A stretch of 64,000 nt of DNA from Spirochaetia bacterium (lineage in GTDB: Bacteria; Spirochaetota; Spirochaetia; SZUA-6; Bin103): NCBI GenBank assembly GCA_965198005.1, contig CBDAOI010000004.1, positions 1,440,001 through 1,504,000 on the forward strand. The letters are read 5' to 3'. The notes beneath the pieces were generated by a model. That model was not told where the DNA came from and made no database searches. It worked only from the letters and a program-made list of their open reading frames with translations. Of the stretch, positions 41,336-51,647 are shown piece after piece (positions within the stretch are counted from its first letter, which is position 1; each line of letters opens with the position of its first letter). The position numbers and the translations under genes are program-made.

Positions 41336-41956
41336 ATGGCGACGGTTGCCGTCAGTCCCAACCGCATGGAGCTGCTGCGCATGAAGAAGAAGCAGCAGTT
41401 CGCGCAGCGCGGCCACAAGCTGCTGAAGGACAAGCTGGAGGGGCTGCTCAAGGACTTCACCGGCATCGTCCAGGAGTACGCGGTGCTGCGCAGCCAGGTC
41501 GACAGCGAGCTCGGCGAGCTGTTCCAGCAGTTCATCGTGGCCTCGGCGTCGATGCCGGCGGAAGTGTACCGCAGCGCCTTGGCGTTCCCGGAGTGCGAGG
41601 CGGAGCTCACCATGACCGAGAAACTGATCATGAACGTGCGCGTGCCGGTATTCTCGTTCGCGATCGAGGGCAACCTGCTCTCCTACGGCACCGACGGCAC
41701 CGTGGTCGAGCTCGATCAGGCCATCGTCAAGCTCAAGGAGGTCCTGGAACGCCTGGTCAAGCTCGCCGAGGCGGAAAAGACCATCGAGCTGGTCGCCGAC
41801 GAGATCGAAAAGACCCGCCGCCGCGTCAACGCCCTGGAGTACGTCCTCATCCCCCAACAGGCCGAAATCATCCGCGTCATCTCCTCCAAGCTGGAAGAGC
41901 TGGAACGCGGCAACATCACCCGCCTCATGCGCATCAAACAACTCCTCGCGATGTAG
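41336..41956 (+). CDS. ntpD: V/A-type ATPase subunit D
   Basis: PNRMEL, RGHKLLKDK and EIEKTRRRVNALE motifs. Confidence 0.96.
   Translation: MATVAVSPNRMELLRMKKKQQFAQRGHKLLKDKLEGLLKDFTGIVQEYAVLRSQVDSELGELFQQFIVASASMPAEVYRSALAFPECEAELTMTEKLIMNVRVPVFSFAIEGNLLSYGTDGTVVELDQAIVKLKEVLERLVKLAEAEKTIELVADEIEKTRRRVNALEYVLIPQQAEIIRVISSKLEELERGNITRLMRIKQLLAM
41571..41608 (+). repeat. Direct repeat copy 1, inside ntpD; copy 2 at 63730-63767
   Basis: GCAGCGCCTTGGCGTTCCCGGAGTGCGAGGCG is identical over 32 bp, then 1 mismatch and AGCTC. Confidence 0.9.
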
Positions 41957-42035
41957 GGCGGGCCCGTGATGGTAGACAGGTAGCCTCTGCGCGGCATAGT
42001 GTCAAACGCGACCCTCGCACCACCGAGACGAGAGC

Positions 42036-42104
42036 ATGCCAAGGGGCACATCGTACGGCGAGCAGATTCTGGCCATCGTCAAGCAGACCGCGAGCGACCG
42101 GTGA
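42036..42104 (+). pseudogene. Possible IS3-family OrfA N-terminal remnant
   Basis: Micro-ORF MPRGTSYGEQILAIVKQTASDR resembles the 'EQI.AI.KQ' start of IS3 OrfA. Confidence 0.35.
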
Positions 42105-42118
42105 GAACGGCGACCGCG

Positions 42119-43135
42119 TTATTGCTGCTTGAAAATGTCACCTAATTTGTCCTTTACCTTCGTTGCCGCTCCCTCGATACCGTCCAGCACCTTGGATGCA
42201 GCCTGAGCCAACTGATCATCGCTGTCACTGAACGACCGTCGATATTCCTTCTCAGCCTCCTTCCATGCTTCGCTCGGGGGTGGGTCGCCCTCATCCCGGC
42301 GCGGATACGCGCCGCCCAGCACCCGCTGGTAAGCGCCGCTGTCCACCCAGACCTTCAGTTCAGAGAGCCGCAGTACGGGAAAGGGATGAGTCTGTCGCAG
42401 CAGGTTCAGGAACTTGTGCACGCCATCCAGCAGATCGGCTCTGGCGTGGTAGTCTCCGGCTTGTTGCAGAAACTCGCCGATCTGCATCTGCGAGGTGTCG
42501 GTGCCCCCGGCGAGCTTCATCAGTATCGTGTTGTATGCTTCCGGATTCTGGCTGGCCAGGAGACCGGCGCGGTCCGCGCTCAGTTCACTCTTGCGGTCCC
42601 ATTCCCGCAGAGCGATTTCCATGCCTCGCACCATAAGCCCTCCGATCGGAATGGCCGACAGTGACACACTCGTCAGTAGCCAAAGAAGAGTCTTGTACAG
42701 CGCGTGGCCACTGCAGCAGTGGCCCAGCTCGTGCCCCAGAACGCCGATCATCTCCTCATCGTCGAGCGCTTGCACCAGAGCCGACTGAATGACCACGAAC
42801 GGCTCTTTGGCTCCGTACACACCACCATTGAGAAACGGGCTCTGAGCGACGAACAGCTCCGGTCGACGAGGCACATCCAGACGTATGCACGCCTGCGTAA
42901 ACAGGCCGTTGAGTCCCGGAAATTGGCGCTCCGAAACCCGCACCGCCGACGCGAGGTGCAGTAGCCGCACCGATCGTTCGGTGGTAGCGCCGACGAACCA
43001 CCGGATCAACTCTGCAAGACCAGGCAGCTTCTTCAACATCGCCAGTGCCGCCTTGTCGGCCGGATGCTCCCACGCTTGCGGGCCGATCCCGGTCAGATTC
43101 CGCTTGACCCGCCCACCCATTGCCAAGTTCGCCAT
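42119..43135 (-). CDS. M48 family zinc metallopeptidase
   Basis: WEHPAD, GVLGHELGH (HExxH), RKSELSADRAG and THPFPVLR motifs. Confidence 0.9.
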   Translation of the reverse strand: MANLAMGGRVKRNLTGIGPQAWEHPADKAALAMLKKLPGLAELIRWFVGATTERSVRLLHLASAVRVSERQFPGLNGLFTQACIRLDVPRRPELFVAQSPFLNGGVYGAKEPFVVIQSALVQALDDEEMIGVLGHELGHCCSGHALYKTLLWLLTSVSLSAIPIGGLMVRGMEIALREWDRKSELSADRAGLLASQNPEAYNTILMKLAGGTDTSQMQIGEFLQQAGDYHARADLLDGVHKFLNLLRQTHPFPVLRLSELKVWVDSGAYQRVLGGAYPRRDEGDPPPSEAWKEAEKEYRRSFSDSDDQLAQAASKVLDGIEGAATKVKDKLGDIFKQQ

Positions 43136-43356
43136 GACGGCGACCATCATGCTCGCCGCGCAACACGACGTCAATAGGATTTCGGGAGCACCAGGGGCCA
43201 CCACTCCCATAGCCTCGCCTTGGCACCGTACGCAACATGGTGCAGACCCCATTGTACCATCCGCGCACCCGCTACTGGTCGGCCCAAGCAGCATCCGGTA
43301 GTTGACACGTGGTGGCGGACGGGTCGTATTTTCTTGCTCGTGTTTCCACCAGCGAC

Positions 43357-45987
43357 ATCGTTGAATCGCCCGCCAAGGGGAACACTATTGCCGGCTACCT
43401 CGGCTCGGGATACGTCGTGGAGTCCTCGATCGGCCATGTGCGCGACCTGCCGCAGAGCGCGGCGGACATCCCGAAGCAGTACAAGGATCAGCCGTGGGCG
43501 CGACTCGGCATCGACGTCGACCACGGCTTCAAACCGCTCTACGCGGTCACTCCCGACAAGCGCAAGCAGATCGCCAAGCTGAGGAAACTGCTCGCCAAGG
43601 CGGACGTCCGGTACCTGGCGACCGACGAGGACCGCGAGGGAGAGGCGATCGCCTGGCACCTGCAGCAGGTGCTGAAGCCGCCCAAGCTGGTCGACGTGAA
43701 GCGGATGGTGTTCCACGAGATCACCGCTCCGGCGATCCGCGCGGCGATCGAGGCGCCGCGCGACATCGACCGCCGGCTGGTCGACTCCCAGGAGGCGCGG
43801 CGCATCCTGGACCGGCTCTACGGCTACGAAGTGTCGCCGGTGCTGTGGAAGAAGATCCAGCCGCGGCTGTCGGCGGGCCGCGTGCAGAGCGTCGCCACCC
43901 GCATCGTCGTGGAACGGGAGCGCGAGCGAATGGCGTTCGTCGCCGCCGAGTACTGGAGCCTGACCGCGACCTTTGCCGTCGCCGGCGTAGCGGCTGCGAG
44001 CGGTCCGCGCGGATTCGACGCCGCGCTGGTCAGTATCGACGAGCGGCCGGTCGCCACTGGCGCCAGCTTCGACCGCGCTGGCCAGCTCAAGAACGACGCC
44101 ACCATCCGTTCTCGACGAAGCTGCGGCGCGCACCCTGATCGCCGCACTCGCCGATACGTCGTTCACCGTGCGCTCGGTGGAGAAGAAGCCCTACCGGCGG
44201 CGGCCAGCGGCGCCGTTCATGACGTCCACCCTGCAGCAGGAGGCGAGCCGCAAGCTGCGCATGTCGGCTACGGTGGCGATGCGCACCGCGCAGTCGCTGT
44301 ACGAGAAAGGCTTCATCACTTACATGCGCACCGACAGCACCACGCTGTCGGATGCAGCCTACGGCGCGGCCCGCGACATCATCCGCGACCGCTACGGCGA
44401 CCCGTACCTGCCGCCGGCGCCGCGCCGCTAATCCGGCCCGCCGGCGACCGTTTCCGCCTGCCGGACGAGGTCGCACGCATGGCGCCGCGCCAGGAGGCGG
44501 CGCTGTACGACCTGATCTGGAAGCGTACCGTGGCCTCGCAGATGAGCGACACCGTGGGCAGCACGGTCCACGTCCGCGTCGGCGGTACGGCAAGCGACGG
44601 ACGCGATGCGGAGTTCGCCGCCGCCGGCACCACCATCACCCACTACGGCTTTCGGCGCGTCTACTCGGAAGGGACCGACGAGGAACGGCGTGCGACGGAC
44701 GCCCGACCGGACGGGGACGAGGAGCGGCACCTTCCGGCCCTGGCCGAGCGCGACGCCGTCAGCGCCCGCGCGATCGAGCCCGCCGGCCACGCCACCCAGC
44801 CGCCGGCGCGGTTGACCGAGGCTTCGCTGGTCAGACAACTGGAGAACCTGGGCGTCGGCCGCCCCTCCACCTACGCCACCATCATGACCACCATCCAGGA
44901 CCGCGGCTACGTGTGGAAGACAGGCACGGCTCTGGTTCCCACCTTCACCGCGTTCTCGGTGGTCAACCTGCTGGAGCGGCACTTCTCCGACTTGGTCGAC
45001 TACGCTTTCACGGCACGCATGGAGGATGAGCTCGACGACATCGCCACCGGTGACGAGGAAGTGCTGCCATGGCTGAACCGCTTCTACTTCGGGGCCGAGG
45101 CGAATGGCGATCCAGGCCTGAAGACGATGGTGTCGGAGCGGCTCGGTGACATCGATGCCCGCGCCGTCAACTCGGTGACGATCGGCGGCGGTGATGACAG
45201 CGAGGGCATCGTGGTCCGGGTGGGCCGCTACGGCACCTACCTGCAGCGCGGCGAGGCGCGCGCCAACGTCCCGACCGAGATCGCACCCGACGAGTTGACG
45301 CTGGAGCGCGCGCTGGAGCTGATTCAGACGCCGAACGACGACCGGGTGCTCGGCGCCGATCCGGGCAGCGGTCTGCCGGTGATCGCCCGCGCCGGGCGGT
45401 TCGGTCCCTACGTCCAGGTTGGCGAGGCTGACGGCACCGCCAAGGGCAAACCGAAGACCGCGTCCCTGCTGGCCAGCATGAGCCTGGAGACGGTGACCCT
45501 CGACGAAGCCCTGAAGGTGCTATCGCTGCCGCGCGTGGTAGGCAGGGCCGCCGATGGCACCCCGGTGACCGCCCACCACGGCCGCTACGGCCCCTACATC
45601 AAGAAGGGTGACGACAATCGCACGCTGGACTCGGAGGATCTCCTGTTCACGATCACGCTGGAGCAGTGCGAGCGAATCCTGGCGCAACCCAAGCGGCGGC
45701 GCTCCCAGGCGGCCAAGGCGCATTGGAAGGAGCTGGGCCGCGACCCCGCCACCGACCGCCCAATGGTGATCAAGGAAGGCCGCTTCGGTCCCTACGTCAC
45801 CGACGGCGAAACCAACGCTTCGCTGCGCACCGGCGACTCGGTGGAGACGATCACCCCCGAGCGCGCCGCCGAGCTCCTCGTGCTGCGCCGCGAGCGCGGC
45901 CCGGCCCCGAAACGGCGCTCCCCCGCCAAGCGTTCCGGCACTACGAAGCGAGCCACCCCGACCCGGCGCCGCACCGCGCCCAAGTAG
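43357..45987 (+). pseudogene. topA: DNA topoisomerase I pseudogene, actinobacterial-type C-terminal repeats
   Basis: IVESPAK, DEDREGE, SAGRVQS and GRPSTY are in the main frame. The catalytic ITYMRTDS (Tyr at 44321) lies in the +1 frame between ~44107 and 44430. The AQEAHEA motif is deleted and the normal N-terminus is missing. Confidence 0.85.
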
Positions 45988-46087
45988 TCCTGCAGCCGAT
46001 CAGCGGCACGGTGGCGGCGACCAGCGCCGCTGCGCGGTGGTTCATGGCGATCGGCAGATCGACCGGCAGGGACTTGCAAGGCCGCCC

Positions 46088-46672
46088 TCAGGCCGGCCCG
46101 CTCGCCACCGGCTGGCGCCCGCCGAACGTGCGGGGCCGGAAGTCCTCCCGGTTGGTGATGCTGGCGCTGCTGCCGGTCGCCCGAATCACGAACAGCCCCT
46201 GACCCTCGGCATATTTGTCCGACGACTCGTCCGCTTTCAGGTAGGCCATCGCTCCATACGCGACATGACCCGCATACTCCGGCATCAGCTCGGTGAGGTT
46301 CCGCAACGTGTCCAGGAAGTGATCGACGTCGCGTACCTTCAACGTGGTCTTGACCTCGACGGCCACCACCTCGCTGCTGTTGACCGCGAGGATATCGATC
46401 TCCCAGGTCCGCCCGCCGAAATTGCGCTCCAGATTGGTCGAGGTGTGATGCACCTCGATGCCGCGGCGGTTGAGAAGCCCGATCAGGTCGCCCTTGACCA
46501 GCGCTTCGATCAGCTTGCCCCACTGACTGTCGAATAGCGCTTCGGTCTTGCGCAGTCGCCGGTCGGTCTCCTGCATTCGCCGATCCGTCTCCCGCTGACT
46601 CTCCGACAACTCGTGCAGGATCGCGCGGATCTCTTGCCAAGTGGCGCCGTTGTGCTCTCCACTCTCAGCCAT
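46088..46672 (-). CDS. Coiled-coil plus PD-(D/E)XK nuclease-like protein (DUF3782-like)
   Basis: QRETDRRMQETDRR repeats, WGKLIEAL and EIDILAVN..VAVEVKT motifs. Confidence 0.75.
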   Translation of the reverse strand: MAESGEHNGATWQEIRAILHELSESQRETDRRMQETDRRLRKTEALFDSQWGKLIEALVKGDLIGLLNRRGIEVHHTSTNLERNFGGRTWEIDILAVNSSEVVAVEVKTTLKVRDVDHFLDTLRNLTELMPEYAGHVAYGAMAYLKADESSDKYAEGQGLFVIRATGSSASITNREDFRPRTFGGRQPVASGPA

Positions 46673-46827
46673 TCTGGTGTACCCCCAGGATCATGGTATC
46701 GCCCGGGACAGCAGTTGTCCTGCTCCCGGATGGACGGGGCGACGGACAGCATGCGTCCTCAGTGGTCTCGGCGACTAATTGCGTATGTATGCAGTTGGAC
46801 AGTAACAGTATAGAGATACTAAACTCA

Positions 46828-47742
46828 CTAACCAAGAAACCGAGACAGCGCATCCATAAGCAGTTTCCCCGCATTTTCGACGGACACTTTCCAAACACCA
46901 TCAGCCGCTTTCTTGATCATCATACCTATCCATTCATTTACCTTCGTGCGAAGGTCGCCGTGCCGTGGTTGCGTCTGTGATGAAATGGCATCTTTGAGCA
47001 GGCCTAGGTCGGCATCGCTTACACCGCTGCTCTGTAGGTGCTTTTGGAGCGATTCAAAGTCTCCAACTTTGACTTCCTGTTCGGCGCTCAGATGTTCAGC
47101 GACATTAACGGCGTTTTGATTCCCAACTATGAAGGTCTGGAATATGTTCCTAGCTCTACTTGGATCAATGCTATCAACAGAGGTCCCGGTGGCTTCGTTT
47201 TGTAGCTCAAGTACAAAATCAAGCAAACGATTCTTCACGCTGTCTAGGACGCCTTGGACAGCCGATTTCGGCACTGGTCTCCGCACATCAACAAGCTGTC
47301 CCCCGGCTATATCGAGTGTTCGCTCGATGGATCTAACGGCATCAGTCGGCCATGCCTCGCTCATACCGTCCTCGGTCGCCATACCCTCCAACTCACCAAC
47401 TCCCTGACGAAAGTATATACTCTCGGCGGAATCCCTAATGTCCTCAGGAAGATGGTCTAGCGGGAGCACCTGGTTCTTTATGCCACCTCCAAAATGGTCT
47501 ATGATTGTTGCCAGGTTATGGGTCTTTCGAACTCGGTAAGGTGGTAATTCCGTACTTCCCGAGTAACCGTTCAGCTCGCTATCTATCCAGCTACGAAACT
47601 CGGGTAGTCCAATCTTATGGGCTACAATCTTGGCCCGCCGCAACGTGCTGGCAACCCGCGAAGATTCACTCGTCAAGGAATCAACAATGTCTGTGAGCAG
47701 AGAACTCAGAAACTGCACCCTCCCAGCGGCCGACGTGGCCAA
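46828..47742 (-). CDS. AbiTii domain-containing protein
   Basis: LRRAKIVAHKIGL.EF..WIDSELNGY...LPPYR N-terminus. Markedly AT-richer than its flanks. Confidence 0.78.
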   Translation of the reverse strand: MATSAAGRVQFLSSLLTDIVDSLTSESSRVASTLRRAKIVAHKIGLPEFRSWIDSELNGYSGSTELPPYRVRKTHNLATIIDHFGGGIKNQVLPLDHLPEDIRDSAESIYFRQGVGELEGMATEDGMSEAWPTDAVRSIERTLDIAGGQLVDVRRPVPKSAVQGVLDSVKNRLLDFVLELQNEATGTSVDSIDPSRARNIFQTFIVGNQNAVNVAEHLSAEQEVKVGDFESLQKHLQSSGVSDADLGLLKDAISSQTQPRHGDLRTKVNEWIGMMIKKAADGVWKVSVENAGKLLMDALSRFLG

Positions 47743-47801
47743 CCGACGGCCAGAACGTATCAGGCTACAACGCTATCGTCAAACCAAGCGGATGGCCAAG
47801 C

Positions 47802-50800
47802 TCATAGCTGCTGATTCTGTTCTGTCTGGTGACGATCCAGATCGTCACCAGACACTATCGCGGCTGAGGTACGAGTCCGTATAATTGCGGGGCCGGGTGC
47901 TTCCCGTGGCAGCGCCACACCGGCGAGCATACCCTCGACGCTAGTGGCTACCTCGTATCGAGCCGGCGGGTCCCGCACCTCCAGCGCCGCGAAGTGCGCG
48001 CGGCCGCACTTGATCTTGGCATCTTCGGTGAGGCGGAGGTCGTCCGCGTAGAGGCTCCCCTTCGTCTCGACCACCAGATACAGCCGGGTCCCCGCATCGG
48101 TGTCCACCAGGACGGCCCAATCCGGGCGGTATGTCCCCAGGGGGGTCGGCACCGCGAACCAGCCGGGGAGCTTGGCGTATACCTTCACGGCGGCGTTCTT
48201 TTCGAGTTGATCCGCAAACCGGGCTTCGATGTCGGACTCGTAGACGACCTCCTCGTACACCGACTTGGTGGCACCGAGCATGTTCCTGAGATACCCCGTC
48301 AGCTCTTCGTTCTCGAACAGCTCCTGCGCGTAGTAGTGGTCGTCGCCGAGCCGTTGGTACTTGATGCCGTCCACCACCGCCTGCCGCTTGCACCGGTTGA
48401 TGGCCTGCGCCGCAAGCTCGATGAACGCCTGCGGGTTGCGCTTGAAATCGTCGAGCCGGCGGCTGTCGCTGAGAATCCGGTAGATGCTGCGCCGGGTGAG
48501 GCGCGTCCGGTCCTGCAGCTCGGTCAGCACGTCCGGCAGGGGAATGTCGCGTTCGTCCAGCACCACCGTCGCCGCGCCGCTCCTCTCGGTAGCCTGTACG
48601 CCGGCCTGGCCGATGGCGATGTCAGCCTTGCGCCACTGCAGCCGCGTCCGGGGAATCTGCGGCGCATCCTGAAGCGCCCGGGCGCACTGCGCGATCAGTC
48701 CTTCATTGTCGAACTGAACCCGGTAGGTGGTCTTGTGCTTGATGCGGTCCCACAGTTCCTTGAACTCGGCGCCTTGGAGAACCGCCTGACGCGGGCGCAC
48801 CCGCTTCCGCTCATCGGCGTTCTTGACGTCGAGGCGTCCCGCCAGCGTGCGCAGCACTTCGGCGATTTCGGTGCGCTGCGCGGCGAATCGCTCCGGTGGC
48901 GTGAAGCTGTCGTCCTTGAGCGCCTCGCGCAACGAATCCTGGATGCGTCCATGCGCGTCGATGTAGTCTGCCCCGTGCAGGTGCTGCCAGAGCTCCTGCG
49001 ACGCGGCGAAGCCGAGGGCGGAGGTAGCCCCATCGTCGCCGGTAACCGGAATTCTCGCAAACTGATGCCTCTCCACGATGCCGAAGCGAATCCGGGTTTC
49101 TTCCTCTATCTCCCGTTGCAGTTGCTCGGCGAACTCCTCGTAGCTCTCCCGCGCCACGACCGTCAGCGTGTTGACGTCGAAGCCGCGCACGCGTTCGCCC
49201 TGGCGGTTGACGCACAGGCGCAGGCCTCTCCCGATCGTCTGGCGCCGTTCCCGCTCGGTGCGGACGTCGCGCAGCGCACAGATCTGGAAGACGTTGGGAT
49301 TGTCCCAGCCTTCACGCAAGGCCGAATGGGAGAAGATGAACTTGAGCGGCGTGTCGAGGCTCAGGAGCTTCTCCTTGTCCTTCATGATCAGGTTGTAGGC
49401 ACGTTCCGCGTTGTCCCGATTGCCCTGGTTGTTCTCCGCCGTGTCGGTCCAGCGGCGCCTCCTGTCGATCGAGAAGTAGCCGTCGTGCACGTCCTCGGCG
49501 GCTGCGGTGAGATCGACCTCCCGAAACAATGTGCGGTAGTCCAGATGGTTGGCGAGGCGTCGATACTCCTCCTCGAAGATCACGGCATAGTCGCCCTTGA
49601 CCGCGCTGCCGTCGTCCTCATAGCGCCGATAGCGTTCCACCCGGTCGATGAAGAACAGGCTGAGCACCTTGATCCCCTGCGGACGAAGGCGTTTCTCCTT
49701 GTCGAGATGCTCGCGAATTGTGCGGCGGATCATTTCTCGCGCTACGGCACTGCCGTCCACGTCGCCCCAGGCTTCTCCGCGCCGCAGGTACTCTTCGCCG
49801 CCGGGCACGCGAAGCTCGACGAACTCGTTTCCTCTCTCTGCGCGGATCTCGCCGATCCGGCAATCGCGGTACACGGCACGGCCCGTCGTCTGCTCGAGGT
49901 CGTCTCCGTCATGGACCCTGCGCTCCGTGCGTCTTACGCCGCCCCCGTTTTCGACATCGAGTTCTACCATGGCGGAAATGACTCCGCGCCGGTTGCTCGT
50001 AGACACGACGCGGACGTAGGGCTTGTTGTGGGCGTCTTCGACGGTTGCTGCCGCCACCTCGATCTGCTTCACCAATTTGCGTTGGTAGGCATCGACGGCA
50101 TGGAGCCGGTACACCATGTGATGCTTGTCCACGTGCGTTGCCGAGTAGCGCAGCGTACCGAGAGGGTTCATGTCGCTCAACGCTTCCTTGCCGCGCCCGG
50201 CCAGTCCGCCGTCCACGCTCTGTGGCTCGTCGACGATCAGAATCGGCCGCGTCGCCCTGATGAGGTCGATCGGCCGCTCGCCCCCGGTCTTCTCGCTGTC
50301 CTTGTAGAGGTTGTTCACGTCCTTCTTGTTGATGGCGCCGACGGTCACCACCATGATCTGGATCTGCGGGCTGGTGGCGAAGTTGCGCACCTGCCCGAGC
50401 TTGGCGGAGTCGTAGAGGAAGTACTCGAACGGCACGCCGGCATAGAGTGACCGGAAGTGGTCGTCGGTGAGCTGGAGTGATTTGTAGACTCCCTCCTTGA
50501 TCGCCACCGACGGCACCACGACCACGAACTTGGTGAAACCGTAGCGCTTGTTCAGTTCGAAGATCGTGCGCAGGTAAACGTAGGTCTTCCCGGTTCCGGT
50601 CTCCATCTCGACGGTGAAGTCGCCCGACTCCAGGGACCCCGACGGTTGTACGCCGTTGCGGAGCTGGACGGACCTCAGATTCTCGAATATTTTTTGGTCA
50701 TCCAACAGGGTTAGCCGATTGCCGATACCGAGTCCCGTTTCCTGGAATTCCAGATCACCCGCATCCCGGGTAACCGTGAACTCGGTTCGGCACACCTGCT

Positions 50801-50876
50801 GGCCGCGGAACAGGTCACAGACGGCCTCCACGGCCTGGAGCTGGAAATCCAGGTCGGGCTCGAAACGGAGCTTCAT
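47802..50876 (-). CDS. res: Type III restriction endonuclease subunit Res
   Basis: EMETGTGKTYVY, VDEPQ, LRYSATH, SALREGWDNPNVFQIC and QTIGRGLRL motifs. Nuclease motif YRPDWA..VVETKG. Confidence 0.95.
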   Translation of the reverse strand: MKLRFEPDLDFQLQAVEAVCDLFRGQQVCRTEFTVTRDAGDLEFQETGLGIGNRLTLLDDQKIFENLRSVQLRNGVQPSGSLESGDFTVEMETGTGKTYVYLRTIFELNKRYGFTKFVVVVPSVAIKEGVYKSLQLTDDHFRSLYAGVPFEYFLYDSAKLGQVRNFATSPQIQIMVVTVGAINKKDVNNLYKDSEKTGGERPIDLIRATRPILIVDEPQSVDGGLAGRGKEALSDMNPLGTLRYSATHVDKHHMVYRLHAVDAYQRKLVKQIEVAAATVEDAHNKPYVRVVSTSNRRGVISAMVELDVENGGGVRRTERRVHDGDDLEQTTGRAVYRDCRIGEIRAERGNEFVELRVPGGEEYLRRGEAWGDVDGSAVAREMIRRTIREHLDKEKRLRPQGIKVLSLFFIDRVERYRRYEDDGSAVKGDYAVIFEEEYRRLANHLDYRTLFREVDLTAAAEDVHDGYFSIDRRRRWTDTAENNQGNRDNAERAYNLIMKDKEKLLSLDTPLKFIFSHSALREGWDNPNVFQICALRDVRTERERRQTIGRGLRLCVNRQGERVRGFDVNTLTVVARESYEEFAEQLQREIEEETRIRFGIVERHQFARIPVTGDDGATSALGFAASQELWQHLHGADYIDAHGRIQDSLREALKDDSFTPPERFAAQRTEIAEVLRTLAGRLDVKNADERKRVRPRQAVLQGAEFKELWDRIKHKTTYRVQFDNEGLIAQCARALQDAPQIPRTRLQWRKADIAIGQAGVQATERSGAATVVLDERDIPLPDVLTELQDRTRLTRRSIYRILSDSRRLDDFKRNPQAFIELAAQAINRCKRQAVVDGIKYQRLGDDHYYAQELFENEELTGYLRNMLGATKSVYEEVVYESDIEARFADQLEKNAAVKVYAKLPGWFAVPTPLGTYRPDWAVLVDTDAGTRLYLVVETKGSLYADDLRLTEDAKIKCGRAHFAALEVRDPPARYEVATSVEGMLAGVALPREAPGPAIIRTRTSAAIVSGDDLDRHQTEQNQQL
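47823..47854. repeat. Perfect 14-bp inverted repeat in the res 3' tail
   Basis: TGTCTGGTGACGAT-CCAG-ATCGTCACCAGACA. Confidence 0.85.
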
Positions 50877-50878
50877 GG

Positions 50879-51091
50879 TCACGCGAGCATCAGGCGCTCA
50901 CCCTTGGGCTGCGGGATCGGATCTCCGAACTCGCGAGCGGTGTCAATCCAAAGCCGAATGGCCTCCTTGACGTGACTCAGGGCGGCCTCGTGGCTATCCC
51001 CGTGTGCGCTACAGCCTGGAAGTTCCGGCACCTCCGCGACAAAAGCTCGATCTTCGTTACTCCAATACAGAATGATCTCGTACTTATCCAT
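50879..51091 (-). CDS. hicB: HicB family antitoxin (short)
   Basis: YEIILYWS.ED.AFVAEVPELPGCSAHG..EA and GDPIPQPKG motifs. Confidence 0.92.
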   Translation of the reverse strand: MDKYEIILYWSNEDRAFVAEVPELPGCSAHGDSHEAALSHVKEAIRLWIDTAREFGDPIPQPKGERLMLA

Positions 51092-51344
51092 CAGGGTTCC
51101 TCCCCAGCTTGTACTTCAGTATCAGACGGCGTACCTGTCTGACCTGGTAAGGCTTCGCGTTGCCGTCGTCGCGCTGCAGGTTGACTTTCTCCACGACTCC
51201 ATGTCTCCGATACAGGTGGTGGCTGCCCCGCACACGCTCGTCGAATCCCAGGTTCCGCATCAAGATCCGAAGGTCGGCGAACCGTATGTTTGCATCCGAC
51301 CGGCCGCCGAGAATCCTCTGAATGAGCCGTTCGCTCCGACTCAT
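51084..51344 (-). CDS. hicA: HicA family toxin
   Basis: LGF..RVRGSHH and AKPYQVRQV motifs. Overlaps hicB. Confidence 0.9.
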   Translation of the reverse strand: MSRSERLIQRILGGRSDANIRFADLRILMRNLGFDERVRGSHHLYRRHGVVEKVNLQRDDGNAKPYQVRQVRRLILKYKLGRNPDG

Positions 51345-51361
51345 CCGCTGGTCTTCACGAC

Positions 51362-51381
51362 GCCGAGGTTGCAAGCTCGGC
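51362..51381. promoter_or_regulatory. Near-perfect palindrome upstream of hicA (candidate operator)
   Basis: GCCGAGGTTGCAAGCTCGGC has one mismatched pair. A TATACT -10 lies at 51400-51405 on the minus strand. Confidence 0.55.
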
Positions 51382-51419
51382 ACGTTCGAGGTGGAGCACA
51401 GTATACGGCGCCCACCTGA

Positions 51420-51647
51420 TCATACGAACTGGTACACCGGCGTCTGGATGGTACGGACTGGACTCGGCGGTTCGCGTATGATCCTATCCAATCGCTCCAC
51501 GGTCTCCGGTGAGAAGTGGTTCTCTCCGGTTTCAACCTTGACCCGTGCAGGGACGTTCTCGATGACGAACAAGCGCCCGCCAACCTCGACGTGGTACGTG
51601 ACCTTCCTGTCCACCAGAGTCTCGTTCCATCCGGAGGCGTCAGCCAT
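51420..51647 (-). CDS. YgiT-type (MqsA-N-like) antitoxin lacking the Cys ligands
   Basis: VTYHVEVGGRLFVIENVPARV..ETGE..FSPETVERL. Directly downstream of the DUF4258 gene. Confidence 0.8.
   Translation of the reverse strand: MADASGWNETLVDRKVTYHVEVGGRLFVIENVPARVKVETGENHFSPETVERLDRIIREPPSPVRTIQTPVYQFV

Noticed and set aside
44100-44431. Programmed frameshifting to rescue topA
   Set aside because: No slippery sequence is evident. Two shifts would be needed, and the conserved AQEAHEA motif is physically deleted.
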